Below, piece after piece: positions 1-7,966 of a DNA stretch of 64,000 nucleotides. Source of the DNA: Deltaproteobacteria bacterium (lineage in GTDB: Bacteria > Desulfobacterota > Syntrophobacteria > Syntrophobacterales > Thermodesulforhabdaceae); NCBI GenBank assembly GCA_019309115.1, contig JAFDGW010000006.1, positions 13,157 through 77,156 on the forward strand. Reading direction: 5' to 3'. The position numbers and the translations under genes were made by a program. The notes below the pieces were generated by a model. That model saw only the letters and a list, made by a program, of their open reading frames with translations. It had not been told where the DNA came from and searched no databases. Position 1 is the stretch's first letter. Each line of letters starts with the position of its first letter.

Positions 1-1216
1 CGCGCCAACGGTATATGGCCTGTTTTACGTCTCCGACCACGAACAAATCACCGTTTTCTGATAGCGCTTCAGCAAAAAGGGGATAGAGTGTATCCCACTG
101 TGTTCGGGAAGTATCTTGAAATTCGTCAAAGAGAAAGTGAAGGAATCTTGCCGCAAAATGGGCATATATCAGGGGAGGAACACCATCGTTTCGCATTTCA
201 GCAAGGACAATACCGGTCCAGTGTTCACTGCCAAGAATTATGCCTTCTCTGCGGCATATCTCTTCCACGTGTTGTCTCAAAGAGATAAGAGCCGGTACAT
301 AACCCCCTACCCTTGCGTATGCCTTCTCCTGACGAAGCGGCAACAGAGTTTCCAGCTTTTCTCTGAGCTTCTGTCGCTTGCTACAAAAGTAATCTCTATC
401 CTCTTTGGAAAGCCTGGAATTTTTCTTAAAAATCTTCTGAACGTCTCCGTTAACAATACTTCTCTCCAGGAGATCCATAGGATCTAGGTCTCGTTTCAGC
501 CCTCTAATCAAGTTCCCTTTGATATGTTCTTTGAACTTTTCTACTACATCAAGAAACTCAAAATAGGCTTGCTTTGCCTCGTCTTCCGCCTGGTTTAGTC
601 TTACAGGATCTAAACTTTTACGTTTAAGGTTTTCTTTAGTCTTTGGATAAAGCTCAAAGAGCCGCCTCCTAAGGCCATTTTCAGGGTAAAATCCTCCTCT
701 TTCATCAATCGTCAGATACGTATCCAACGCTTCTTCCAGCAAAGAAAGGTCACTTCGAATTGACCTCGCCAGAAGCATGTCGAAGGCTTCATTAAGAACG
801 GGTTCTGCATTGAAGAGCACCCTTGCTTCGGGCTTGACTCCCAACTCAAAGGAAAGGGCTCTAAGAATAGCAAAAAGCAGGCTGTCTATGGTTCGTACAT
901 GAAAGTCGGAGTAGTGAAGAATTATGGTTTCAATCCATTTCGAAGCATTCTCTTTCGAAAGGCCCGTTTTTTTTGAAAGTTCCTGACCGGTTTCAGTGCC
1001 CAGGGCAATTTCCTTAAGAAAGCGGAGAATTCGCTCCTTCATTTCGGCAGCGGCTTTGTTAGTAAAGGTAATGGCTACTATCCGACGGAGGTTTTCCGGA
1101 CTCGGCCTACCCAACTTTTTCAGCAAATTGAGGTAACGCACAGAAAGTTGATAGGTTTTTCCAGCACCGGCTGAAGCCTTGATGCGCAATAACTCCGGCC
1201 CCTGACCTCGATTCAT
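1..1216 (-). CDS. UvrD/REP-type helicase, AddA/RecB-like (N-terminal ~405 aa; C-terminus lies beyond the window edge)
   Basis: Not in the ORF track because it is open at the window edge. Reverse-complement translation from the ATG at 1216 gives MNRGQGPELLRIKASAGAGKTYQLS (Walker A GAGKT), then FTNKAAAEM, FDEFQDTS (motif II) and VGDVKQAIYRWR (motif III). Confidence 0.75.
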   Translation of the reverse strand, partial: MNRGQGPELLRIKASAGAGKTYQLSVRYLNLLKKLGRPSPENLRRIVAITFTNKAAAEMKERILRFLKEIALGTETGQELSKKTGLSKENASKWIETIILHYSDFHVRTIDSLLFAILRALSFELGVKPEARVLFNAEPVLNEAFDMLLARSIRSDLSLLEEALDTYLTIDERGGFYPENGLRRRLFELYPKTKENLKRKSLDPVRLNQAEDEAKQAYFEFLDVVEKFKEHIKGNLIRGLKRDLDPMDLLERSIVNGDVQKIFKKNSRLSKEDRDYFCSKRQKLREKLETLLPLRQEKAYARVGGYVPALISLRQHVEEICRREGIILGSEHWTGIVLAEMRNDGVPPLIYAHFAARFLHFLFDEFQDTSRTQWDTLYPLFAEALSENGDLFVVGDVKQAIYRWR

Positions 1217-1308
1217 CAACTACCTCTATCTTACTCTTGCCGCTGAGATCGCAAAGAGTGTCGATAAAGGAATGAAAGCCTCTAAATACTCGTTGGTTAT
1301 GTTACCTT

Positions 1309-2145
1309 TCACTTAACCTGGGCTCTTCCTCCCGACAATGCTTCCCCCCTCTCCGTTGAAACTCGGATGGCGTACGTACCATTTCCTATGTGCCATCCTT
1401 CTACCTTGATATTGTCGCCGGGGAAAACAGGAGAAGCAAAACGGCAACCAAAGGAACGTAATCGTTCAACCTTGCCCTCACAGCTTTGATCAATGAAAAT
1501 CCGGACGGCGTATCCGAACGTGCAAAGGCCATGAAGGATCGGGCGGGGAAAACCAGCAGCTTGAGCAAACTCTGGGTCTATATGAAGCGGGTTGTAGTCA
1601 CCAGACAACCTGTAAAGTGCCGCCTGAATCTCGGGAATTTTCTCAACCACCGAGAAATCTGGGGGCCTATTGGCTGGAACAGGCTGAATTTCTCTTTTCG
1701 GACCTGGATCTCCTCCCCATCCCCCTAAACCTTTGCAAAAAAGGGTCATTTCCGTTTCAAACAATCTTTTTCCGGACTTATCTGTGGAAACGGTATCCAG
1801 TAAAATAAGAGCAGCTTTAACTTTATCATATACCCCGGAAACTTTGACCTCGGTTAGAATTTTTCCCTCCGGCGGAATCGGTTCGAAAAATTTAACAAAT
1901 TCTTCCCCGTGAAGAACCGTTTTAAGGTCTACATTCAATTTTTCCAGGATCGGGAAAAGTGGTTCATAAATAGTCACGGTAGCAAAGGACGGACACACCT
2001 TTAGACCACCCCTGCGCCTTTCGTAAAGGTAATGCAGGTCTGTTGCCTTGGCGCCCACTCCAAGATTGTAAATAACCACATCACGCCAAGTGTAGGACAT
2101 TTCATAAGGTCCAAGGGTCTGTCCTACGAGGTCCAGATTTATCAT
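1309..2145 (-). CDS. MaoC-like (R)-specific enoyl-CoA hydratase/dehydratase, double hot-dog fold
   Basis: YRLSGDYNPLHIDPEFA hydratase-2 motif in the C-terminal half. The 278-aa length fits an N-terminal plus C-terminal hot-dog arrangement. Confidence 0.75.
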   Translation of the reverse strand: MINLDLVGQTLGPYEMSYTWRDVVIYNLGVGAKATDLHYLYERRRGGLKVCPSFATVTIYEPLFPILEKLNVDLKTVLHGEEFVKFFEPIPPEGKILTEVKVSGVYDKVKAALILLDTVSTDKSGKRLFETEMTLFCKGLGGWGGDPGPKREIQPVPANRPPDFSVVEKIPEIQAALYRLSGDYNPLHIDPEFAQAAGFPRPILHGLCTFGYAVRIFIDQSCEGKVERLRSFGCRFASPVFPGDNIKVEGWHIGNGTYAIRVSTERGEALSGGRAQVK

Positions 2146-2261
2146 GGCTTCCTCCTTGCCATCTTAGCATTCAAAAGAACAGTCTATTGTGACATTGTCA
2201 ACAACGCCGCATGTTTTCCCCGCCTTCCGTTGAAAAGGTGGGGATTGACGTAAGCTTTTTC

Positions 2262-2915
2262 TTAAAACCCGAGATCGTCATTCACCAGAATAACCTTGAT
2301 CCGTCCCTTCGGAGCCGACTTTTCGACTATGCTCCAGACATTGCATATTCGTTCGGGGCTGGAGCAGTCTTCACATTGTCCCGTTTTGGCACATGGTGTC
2401 TTTCGGTTCAGCCTTATAGCATTGGCAGGAGCCGCAATCTCCTTGACCCTCTGCAAGGCTTCTTCCAGGTCAAAAACCACCTTATTGCGTCCAACAACAA
2501 TGATCACATGCCGAGGCCCAAATGTAATTGCCGCAATACGGTTGCCCATTCCGTCTAGGTTCACGAGCATACCGTTTTCAACTACTGCGTTTGTTCCCGT
2601 TATGAAAAGATCCGCAAGTAACGCTCTTTTTCTTTGATTGATTCGTTCCTTCGGAGACAAGGACATATCATAAGTGTCTATTATTTCGATATTTTCTGCT
2701 CTCTTCAGTGCATCATAAATACCGGTTTGTACTACTGTAACGGATCCGCCAAAAGAGATGGTTGATGGTTTCAGAGACAGAATGATTTTATCCACCACAA
2801 TGCTTTTAGCCTGCTCTGCTGATTCTGCCACGTAAGCCTCAAAGTTGTTCTTTTCGAGATTTTCCTTTACCCTGTTAAGCCTGATTTCCCAGTACTTTCT
2901 CAAGGGATCATTCAT
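2262..2915 (-). CDS. LUD-domain (LutC/YkgG-like lactate-utilisation family) protein
   Basis: The overall sequence resembles anaerobe LUD/DUF162 proteins (GTNAVVENGMLVNLDGMGNR, C-terminal CAKTGQCEDC). The start is moved to the ATG at 2915, which has a GGAGG 5 nt upstream. Confidence 0.6.
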   Translation of the reverse strand: MNDPLRKYWEIRLNRVKENLEKNNFEAYVAESAEQAKSIVVDKIILSLKPSTISFGGSVTVVQTGIYDALKRAENIEIIDTYDMSLSPKERINQRKRALLADLFITGTNAVVENGMLVNLDGMGNRIAAITFGPRHVIIVVGRNKVVFDLEEALQRVKEIAAPANAIRLNRKTPCAKTGQCEDCSSPERICNVWSIVEKSAPKGRIKVILVNDDLGF

Positions 2916-3019
2916 GATATCCTCCTCGTTTTTTGAAAAACAATTATGCTTCACTTACTTTTGAACGATGGTACAAAAAAGCTCGAGAGGAGCAAACTAA
3001 AAATCGCGAGGAATCGAAA

Positions 3020-3550
3020 ATGAACAACAAGGTGCCATCCAGAGAAACTTGTCTTGCATTGATGAAATCAGCAAAAATGCCCGAGCATATAATGAGCCAC
3101 TCCTTTGTAGTGGAAGAGGTATCGACCATCATTGCACGGCTGTGCATTGAACGGGGATATGAGTTGTCCATCGAACTGGTGTCGGCAGCGGCTTTACTAC
3201 ATGACATTGCCAAGGCAAAATGCATAGAAGAACACTGTCATCACGCGGAAGTTGGGGCGGAAATAGTACGTGCCTGGGGCTATCCTCAAGTGGCAACGAT
3301 TGTTGAAGAACATGTTTCTCTCTCCATGGCCGATATAATCGCCTGCCCAACGGAGTCACTCATTGTGAATTACGCCGACAAAAGAGTGCTACACGACCGA
3401 GTGGTTTCCTTGGACCGGAGATTTGAATATCTGATTGAACGTTATGGCACGACACCTCAGAAAAGGAATCTCTTGAATTTCAAATGGAAGCTTTACAGGA
3501 AGCTGGAAGCGCGGTTGAGGCAGGTTACGGCAAATGATTTGGCTTTTTAA
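3020..3550 (+). CDS. HD-domain phosphohydrolase
   Basis: The H...HD signature (LLHDIAK) is followed by further conserved His residues. The start is placed at the internal ATG with GAGGA upstream, because the longer track ORF would overlap the divergent gene. Confidence 0.6.
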   Translation: MNNKVPSRETCLALMKSAKMPEHIMSHSFVVEEVSTIIARLCIERGYELSIELVSAAALLHDIAKAKCIEEHCHHAEVGAEIVRAWGYPQVATIVEEHVSLSMADIIACPTESLIVNYADKRVLHDRVVSLDRRFEYLIERYGTTPQKRNLLNFKWKLYRKLEARLRQVTANDLAF

Positions 3551-3573
3551 GGTCTGTCACATGGAGGCAACCA

Positions 3574-5127
3574 ATGCGAAAGTGTTATTATTTTGCGCTG
3601 ATGTTAGCTATTTTTGTCGGCATCACTGGTGCTATGTGCAGGGAGGTTTGTGCCCGAAGTGTGGAAAGGGTTCTTCTGACCCCGCGTTCGGCAGCGCTGG
3701 TTATTCATGAAGATGTGCCAGTAATCAATAGAAAAGCCACTTTTCGCATCCCACCGCAGGCCAAACCTGACACATTGAAGGTGAAAGTGGAAAGACCTGA
3801 TTCTGTGCAAATCCTGTTTGTGTCCGTGAAAATGCTGGAAGAAAGAGAGGACGAGGCAATAAAAAAGCTTGGCGAGAGGATTGATCAACTCCGAACGGAA
3901 TATCATTGGCTAGAAGCCCGAGAGAAGGCAGTTCAGCAAACCATAGACGGGTGGGTCGCCCAGAGTCAGGGAAAGTTCGAAACACTAGAGGGCCTTCCTC
4001 ATTTTCTCCAGACAGTGCAAAATACCCTGCTGAAGTTGCACAAGGAGCTGGTGAAGATTGAAAAGCAGTTAGAATTAAAGCAACAGGAATTGAAAAAATT
4101 AGAAAAGGAACTTGAGGAACTTACCGGAAACTTAAAAAAAGAGTGGCAAGTAACGTGTTATTTCGATTCCGTTCCTCCCGGTACCGAAAACATAAGGTTA
4201 CAGTACTCGGCGATTTTCAGCAATGCAGGATGGACCCCTGAATATACAGTTGACGCTTATCCCAGAGATGGGAAAGTAGTTTTTCAGTGGAAAGCCAGGG
4301 TGTGGCAACACACGGGAATGGTCTGGAAAGATGCGAAAATTCGGCTAGCTACTATGGAGCCTCCGGAATCAATAATCCCGCCAGAGCTTCCGTACTGGAA
4401 CATTGAGGTTTACGAAGAAACAAGATCAATTATGAAAAAACGTAGCGCTTTTATGCTTGCAGGTATGGCTCCTGCGCCGAAGAAATTAGAAAAAGACATG
4501 GTGGAAAAAGAGAAAAAATCCGGCTTCGACATCTACTCGGTTGGAACTCGCACCGTTTATCCCGGCAAAGATACGATAATTCCTGTGGAAAAGCTGTCGT
4601 GGGAAGCCGATTTTCAGTACTTGCTTCGTCCTTTTGTAAATCCTTGGGCTTATATCCTGGCTAAAGTGAAACTTGCACAGGCTTCTATATTTCCCGAAGC
4701 GACGGCAACGTTTCTTTTGGAAGGAACATACGTTGGACAGGAACGACTGAGCATATCTGGATCTGAAAAGGTTTTTTATTTTGGCCCGGATCGGCTGGTA
4801 AGCGCAAAAATGGTGCTGGACGAGAAGCTCGCAGGTGAGAGAGGGTTTTTTCATGCCAAAAAGAGCTTCCTTTGGAAGTGGCATTTTCTATTGAAAAACG
4901 ACCATGATTATCCGGTAACGGTGAAGCTTGAAGAAAGAAAGCCTGTCGCTTCCGATGAACGAATTGTTTTCAAGGAAATAAAGACTCCCGACCTTTCAGA
5001 AGTAGAAAGCGAAGATCCTCACAAGTGGGCCTGGAAAGTGAAGCTGAAACCAAGGGAAGAGCGACAGGTTAGCTTTCTTGTTCATGTACTTGTTCCTGAG
5101 AAAATGCAAGTGGATCCTGGCTGGTAA
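3574..5127 (+). CDS. DUF4139/DUF4140 (MuiA-like) family protein with signal peptide and central coiled coil
   Basis: N-terminal hydrophobic signal, a long heptad-like KELEELKKLEK segment, and a C-terminal GWTPEYTVDAY...ARVWQHTGMVWKDAKIRLAT block typical of DUF4139. Confidence 0.55.
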   Translation: MRKCYYFALMLAIFVGITGAMCREVCARSVERVLLTPRSAALVIHEDVPVINRKATFRIPPQAKPDTLKVKVERPDSVQILFVSVKMLEEREDEAIKKLGERIDQLRTEYHWLEAREKAVQQTIDGWVAQSQGKFETLEGLPHFLQTVQNTLLKLHKELVKIEKQLELKQQELKKLEKELEELTGNLKKEWQVTCYFDSVPPGTENIRLQYSAIFSNAGWTPEYTVDAYPRDGKVVFQWKARVWQHTGMVWKDAKIRLATMEPPESIIPPELPYWNIEVYEETRSIMKKRSAFMLAGMAPAPKKLEKDMVEKEKKSGFDIYSVGTRTVYPGKDTIIPVEKLSWEADFQYLLRPFVNPWAYILAKVKLAQASIFPEATATFLLEGTYVGQERLSISGSEKVFYFGPDRLVSAKMVLDEKLAGERGFFHAKKSFLWKWHFLLKNDHDYPVTVKLEERKPVASDERIVFKEIKTPDLSEVESEDPHKWAWKVKLKPREERQVSFLVHVLVPEKMQVDPGW

Positions 5128-5150
5128 GACGGCAAGGGAGATTGTTGGCA

Positions 5151-5675
5151 ATGAACGGAAAATCTCTTTCTTCTGAATTGAAGGAAATAATCACGGGAGC
5201 AAAGCGACTCTATGCTAATTATGGAAAAGATTTGCTCAGTGATTTAGGGTTCATGAAGGTTTTGGACGATTATGAAAAAGCAATTGAGGACACGGCTCGT
5301 GCCATGACCAGCCTGAGCATTTGGAAAATGTGCGCCATCTGTGGAAACTCTCCAAAGGGAAGTTGCTGCGCACCTGAAGTTGCCATTTGGTATGATGCTG
5401 AACTTGTCTTTGTAAATCTTCTGATGGGCTGCGACGTAGAAAAAGGTCAGTTCTACAAAGATCATTGTTTCTTCCTTGGCAAAAACGGCTGTATCCTGAA
5501 AGCGCGCCATTATTACTGTGTTCACTATCTTTGCCCGGAAATTAAAGCGATCCTTTCAGCTGCTGAGCTCGATATGCTTTACAGAACAATCGGACGCGAA
5601 ATACTGACCGGATCTAATGTGTTGCACTACTTCGAGCAATGGCGCAAACACCATGATGGCGTGATTGTGGCGTGA
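5151..5675 (+). CDS. Cys-rich protein, divergent YkgJ/UPF0153-like cysteine-cluster protein
   Basis: CAICGNSPKGSCC followed by CFFLGKNGCILKARHYYCVHYLCP resembles the CxxCGxCC ... CxFL..GCxIY..RPxxCR pattern. The ATG at 5151 has AGGGAG upstream. Confidence 0.4.
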   Translation: MNGKSLSSELKEIITGAKRLYANYGKDLLSDLGFMKVLDDYEKAIEDTARAMTSLSIWKMCAICGNSPKGSCCAPEVAIWYDAELVFVNLLMGCDVEKGQFYKDHCFFLGKNGCILKARHYYCVHYLCPEIKAILSAAELDMLYRTIGREILTGSNVLHYFEQWRKHHDGVIVA

Positions 5676-5683
5676 TTGTGGCG
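5658..5683. repeat. 11-nt tandem direct repeat (GGCGTGATTGT x2.4) spanning the stop codon of the preceding gene
   Basis: Read directly: ggcgtgattgt ggcgtgattgt ggcg. The TGA stop at 5673-5675 lies inside the second copy. Confidence 0.9.
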
Positions 5684-5704
5684 TTTTTTCTGGAAAAACA
5701 CGCC
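5680..5704 (+). other. Inverted repeat/hairpin (10 bp with one bulge). It could be a weak terminator of the upstream gene or an upstream activator site for the sigma-54 promoter.
   Basis: ggcgtttttt ctgg aaaaacacgcc, centred about 139 bp upstream of the predicted sigma-54 start site. It has no clean U-run. Confidence 0.3.
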
Positions 5705-5804
5705 TTCAAAATTGTTTATACCCCATTCAATTAAATTGTTTTTCATCATAGAATTTTTTTAAGTTTCGGTATCTTATTTCCGAATTGGGTTCTTTTGGCA
5801 AGGA

Positions 5805-5820
5805 TGGCACTACTCTTGCA
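5805..5820 (+). promoter_or_regulatory. sigma-54 (RpoN) -24/-12 promoter
   Basis: TGGCAC-tactc-TTGCA matches the TGGCAC-N5-TTGC core at all ten fixed positions. It is intergenic, and the predicted TSS is near 5831. Confidence 0.5.
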
Positions 5821-5830
5821 CCATTCAGTG

Positions 5831-5901
5831 TAACAGAAAAAGTAACCAACTCTTTCCTCCTCGTCTCGCTAACCGGTCTAGCCCCGCCGGTTAGCTTTTT
5901 T
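5831..5901 (+). ncRNA. Candidate ~70-nt sigma-54-dependent small RNA or terminated leader of the downstream chlI/D-like gene
   Basis: Bounded by the sigma-54 element and the intrinsic terminator. It contains an apparently unstructured CU-rich tract (cucuuuccuccucgucuc) complementary to Shine-Dalgarno sequences. No ORF of meaningful length lies inside it. Confidence 0.3.
5868..5901 (+). terminator. Rho-independent terminator (orphan, ~190 nt after the nearest upstream stop codon)
   Basis: The 9-bp stem gctaaccgg/ccggttagc has a 10-nt loop and is followed by tttttt. Confidence 0.65.
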
Positions 5902-6001
5902 ATTTTATACTATGACTCGGTCGTACTTGACCCCAGTGGTTCTAGGTGCTAACTGGAAATGGTGATTATTTCACAAAGTTATCTGGAGGCGCATACGTTC
6001 A

Positions 6002-7936
6002 ATGGAAAAGGTACGATTCCCTTTTTCGGCCATCGTTGGTCAGGAGCTTATGAAAAAAGCTCTGTTGCTCAATGTTGTTGATCCGTCAATAGGGGGCGTT
6101 TTGATACGGGGACAGCGAGGGACGGCGAAGTCAACAGGGGTCAGAGGACTCATAGACTTGTTGCCGGAGATCCGAGTCGTAAAACACTGTTCTTTTCAGT
6201 GCGATCCAGACGACGTTGAGAATCTTTGTCCAGAGTGCAGGAAAAGACTCAAGGATCAGGGGACCCTTCCTGTGGTGTCGAGACCCATAAGGCTTGTTAA
6301 CCTCCCGATAGGCACAACGGAAGATCGCTTGTTGGGAACCATTGACATAGAAGAAGCCATAAAGGAAGGCAAGAAGGCTTTTGAACCGGGGTTACTTGCC
6401 GAAGCCCATCGAGGCATACTTTATGTGGATGAAGTTAACCTGTTGAACGATCAGATTGTGGATCTTCTCTTGGATGTAGCAGCCTCAGGCGTGAACATAG
6501 TGGAAAGGGAAGGCATTGGCTTTTCCCACGCAAGTCGCTTTGTTCTCGTGGGAACTATGAATCCCGAAGAAGGTGACCTGCGTCCTCAATTGCTCGACAG
6601 GTTTGGCCTCTGCGTTACCGTAAGGGCTGCATCATCCGTTGACGAACGACTCGAAATTATAAAGAGGCGGCTGGAATTTGAAAAAGATCCCGTTGCCTTC
6701 AGGGCCAGATGGAAACACGAGGACGATGTTTTGCGGGAGATCATTAAACGTGCACGGCAGGCTATCCATTCTATCGAGATTCCTGAAGAGATGTATCGAC
6801 TTGCTGCTCAGCTCGCCATTGCGATGGACACAGATGGTCACAGAGCCGAGATAACCATCATAAAAGCAGCTCGAGCCAATGCTGCACTAGAAGGGCGGAA
6901 AAAGGTAACTCGAACAGACATTGAACTTGCGGCGAGGCTAAGCCTCCCACACCGAGTTAAGAAAAACCCGCTTGAGAAAACCGAATTCGACGAAAGTAAA
7001 ATTAGGAGGATTATCGAAGAGAACAACGATCGCAAAGAAAAAATCAATGCCGAGTGGGAACCGACAATACAGAACAAGCCGGTCAAAGCCGATAAAGAAA
7101 TTATCTGCAAGTCCCCGCTGGAATGTGTAACTCACATTTGCAAAGGGACCCTACCGAATGTGATGCCGTCAATTCCATGGCATCGAATCCAACCCGGGAA
7201 TCATCCCGGTCGGAGGTTTCCACTTCCGACGACACAGAAATCCGGTTTCTGTTCGGGGGTGCGTTATCCTACCAATGGAGACAATGGTCATGACATATCT
7301 ATAATTGGTACACTTCGAGCTGCTGCTCCTCATCAGAAATTTCGGAACAGAAACGGAAAGATGGTCATCAGCGACAGCGACATTCGTCTCAAGAAAAGAC
7401 AGCGCAGGTGCGGCATAACCACGGTCATAGTTGTCGATTCCAGCGCATCTATGAGAACCAACGATCGCATGTCCAAAACCAAGGGCATTATTGAAGCCTT
7501 AATACGGGATCTATATTTGAAGCGGGATCGCCTTGGCATAATAACGTTCAGACACCAGCAGGCAGAATTGCTGCTGCCCATAACCAGCAACATGCACGAT
7601 GCTGTATCTAGGGTAGAGGAGCTTCCGGTCGGAGGTAGAACTCCTCTTGCCCTTGGACTGGATCTAGCCTTAAGACAGTTAAAACAGGAAGTTTTCAAAA
7701 ATCCGGAATGTGTACCTCTTCTTATTCTTTTTTCAGACGGAAGACCCAATGTAAGCTGCTTTGGAGGCGACCCCCTGGATGAAACCCTTGCCTATGCAAG
7801 GGAAACGCGGAGGCTTGGCATTCAGGCCATTTTCGTGGACACGGAACTGGACCCAATGGCCATGGGTTACGGCTATATAATCGCCCAGCGCATGAACGCA
7901 ACCTACATTCCTATGGACAGGCTCATGAAACACTAA
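6002..7936 (+). CDS. Mg-chelatase-like AAA+ ATPase fused to a vWA domain (ChlI/BchI-ChlD/BchD type; putative metal chelatase ATPase component)
   Basis: Walker A GQRGTAKST, Walker B LYVDEVNLL, a BchI-like Cys insertion (CSFQCDPDDVENLCPEC), and a C-terminal vWA MIDAS motif (VVDSSASM). Confidence 0.8.
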   Translation: MEKVRFPFSAIVGQELMKKALLLNVVDPSIGGVLIRGQRGTAKSTGVRGLIDLLPEIRVVKHCSFQCDPDDVENLCPECRKRLKDQGTLPVVSRPIRLVNLPIGTTEDRLLGTIDIEEAIKEGKKAFEPGLLAEAHRGILYVDEVNLLNDQIVDLLLDVAASGVNIVEREGIGFSHASRFVLVGTMNPEEGDLRPQLLDRFGLCVTVRAASSVDERLEIIKRRLEFEKDPVAFRARWKHEDDVLREIIKRARQAIHSIEIPEEMYRLAAQLAIAMDTDGHRAEITIIKAARANAALEGRKKVTRTDIELAARLSLPHRVKKNPLEKTEFDESKIRRIIEENNDRKEKINAEWEPTIQNKPVKADKEIICKSPLECVTHICKGTLPNVMPSIPWHRIQPGNHPGRRFPLPTTQKSGFCSGVRYPTNGDNGHDISIIGTLRAAAPHQKFRNRNGKMVISDSDIRLKKRQRRCGITTVIVVDSSASMRTNDRMSKTKGIIEALIRDLYLKRDRLGIITFRHQQAELLLPITSNMHDAVSRVEELPVGGRTPLALGLDLALRQLKQEVFKNPECVPLLILFSDGRPNVSCFGGDPLDETLAYARETRRLGIQAIFVDTELDPMAMGYGYIIAQRMNATYIPMDRLMKH

Positions 7937-7966
7937 GCCTCCTGATAGATTCAAGCTGGCGTAGCG

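Noticed and set aside
5700-6001. Possible cobalamin riboswitch upstream of the chelatase-like gene.
   Set aside because: I could not find a B12-box-like element or the conserved GGUGC/GCCACUG-type core. The region is better explained by the sigma-54 element plus terminator. A covariance-model scan (Rfam cobalamin) would be decisive.
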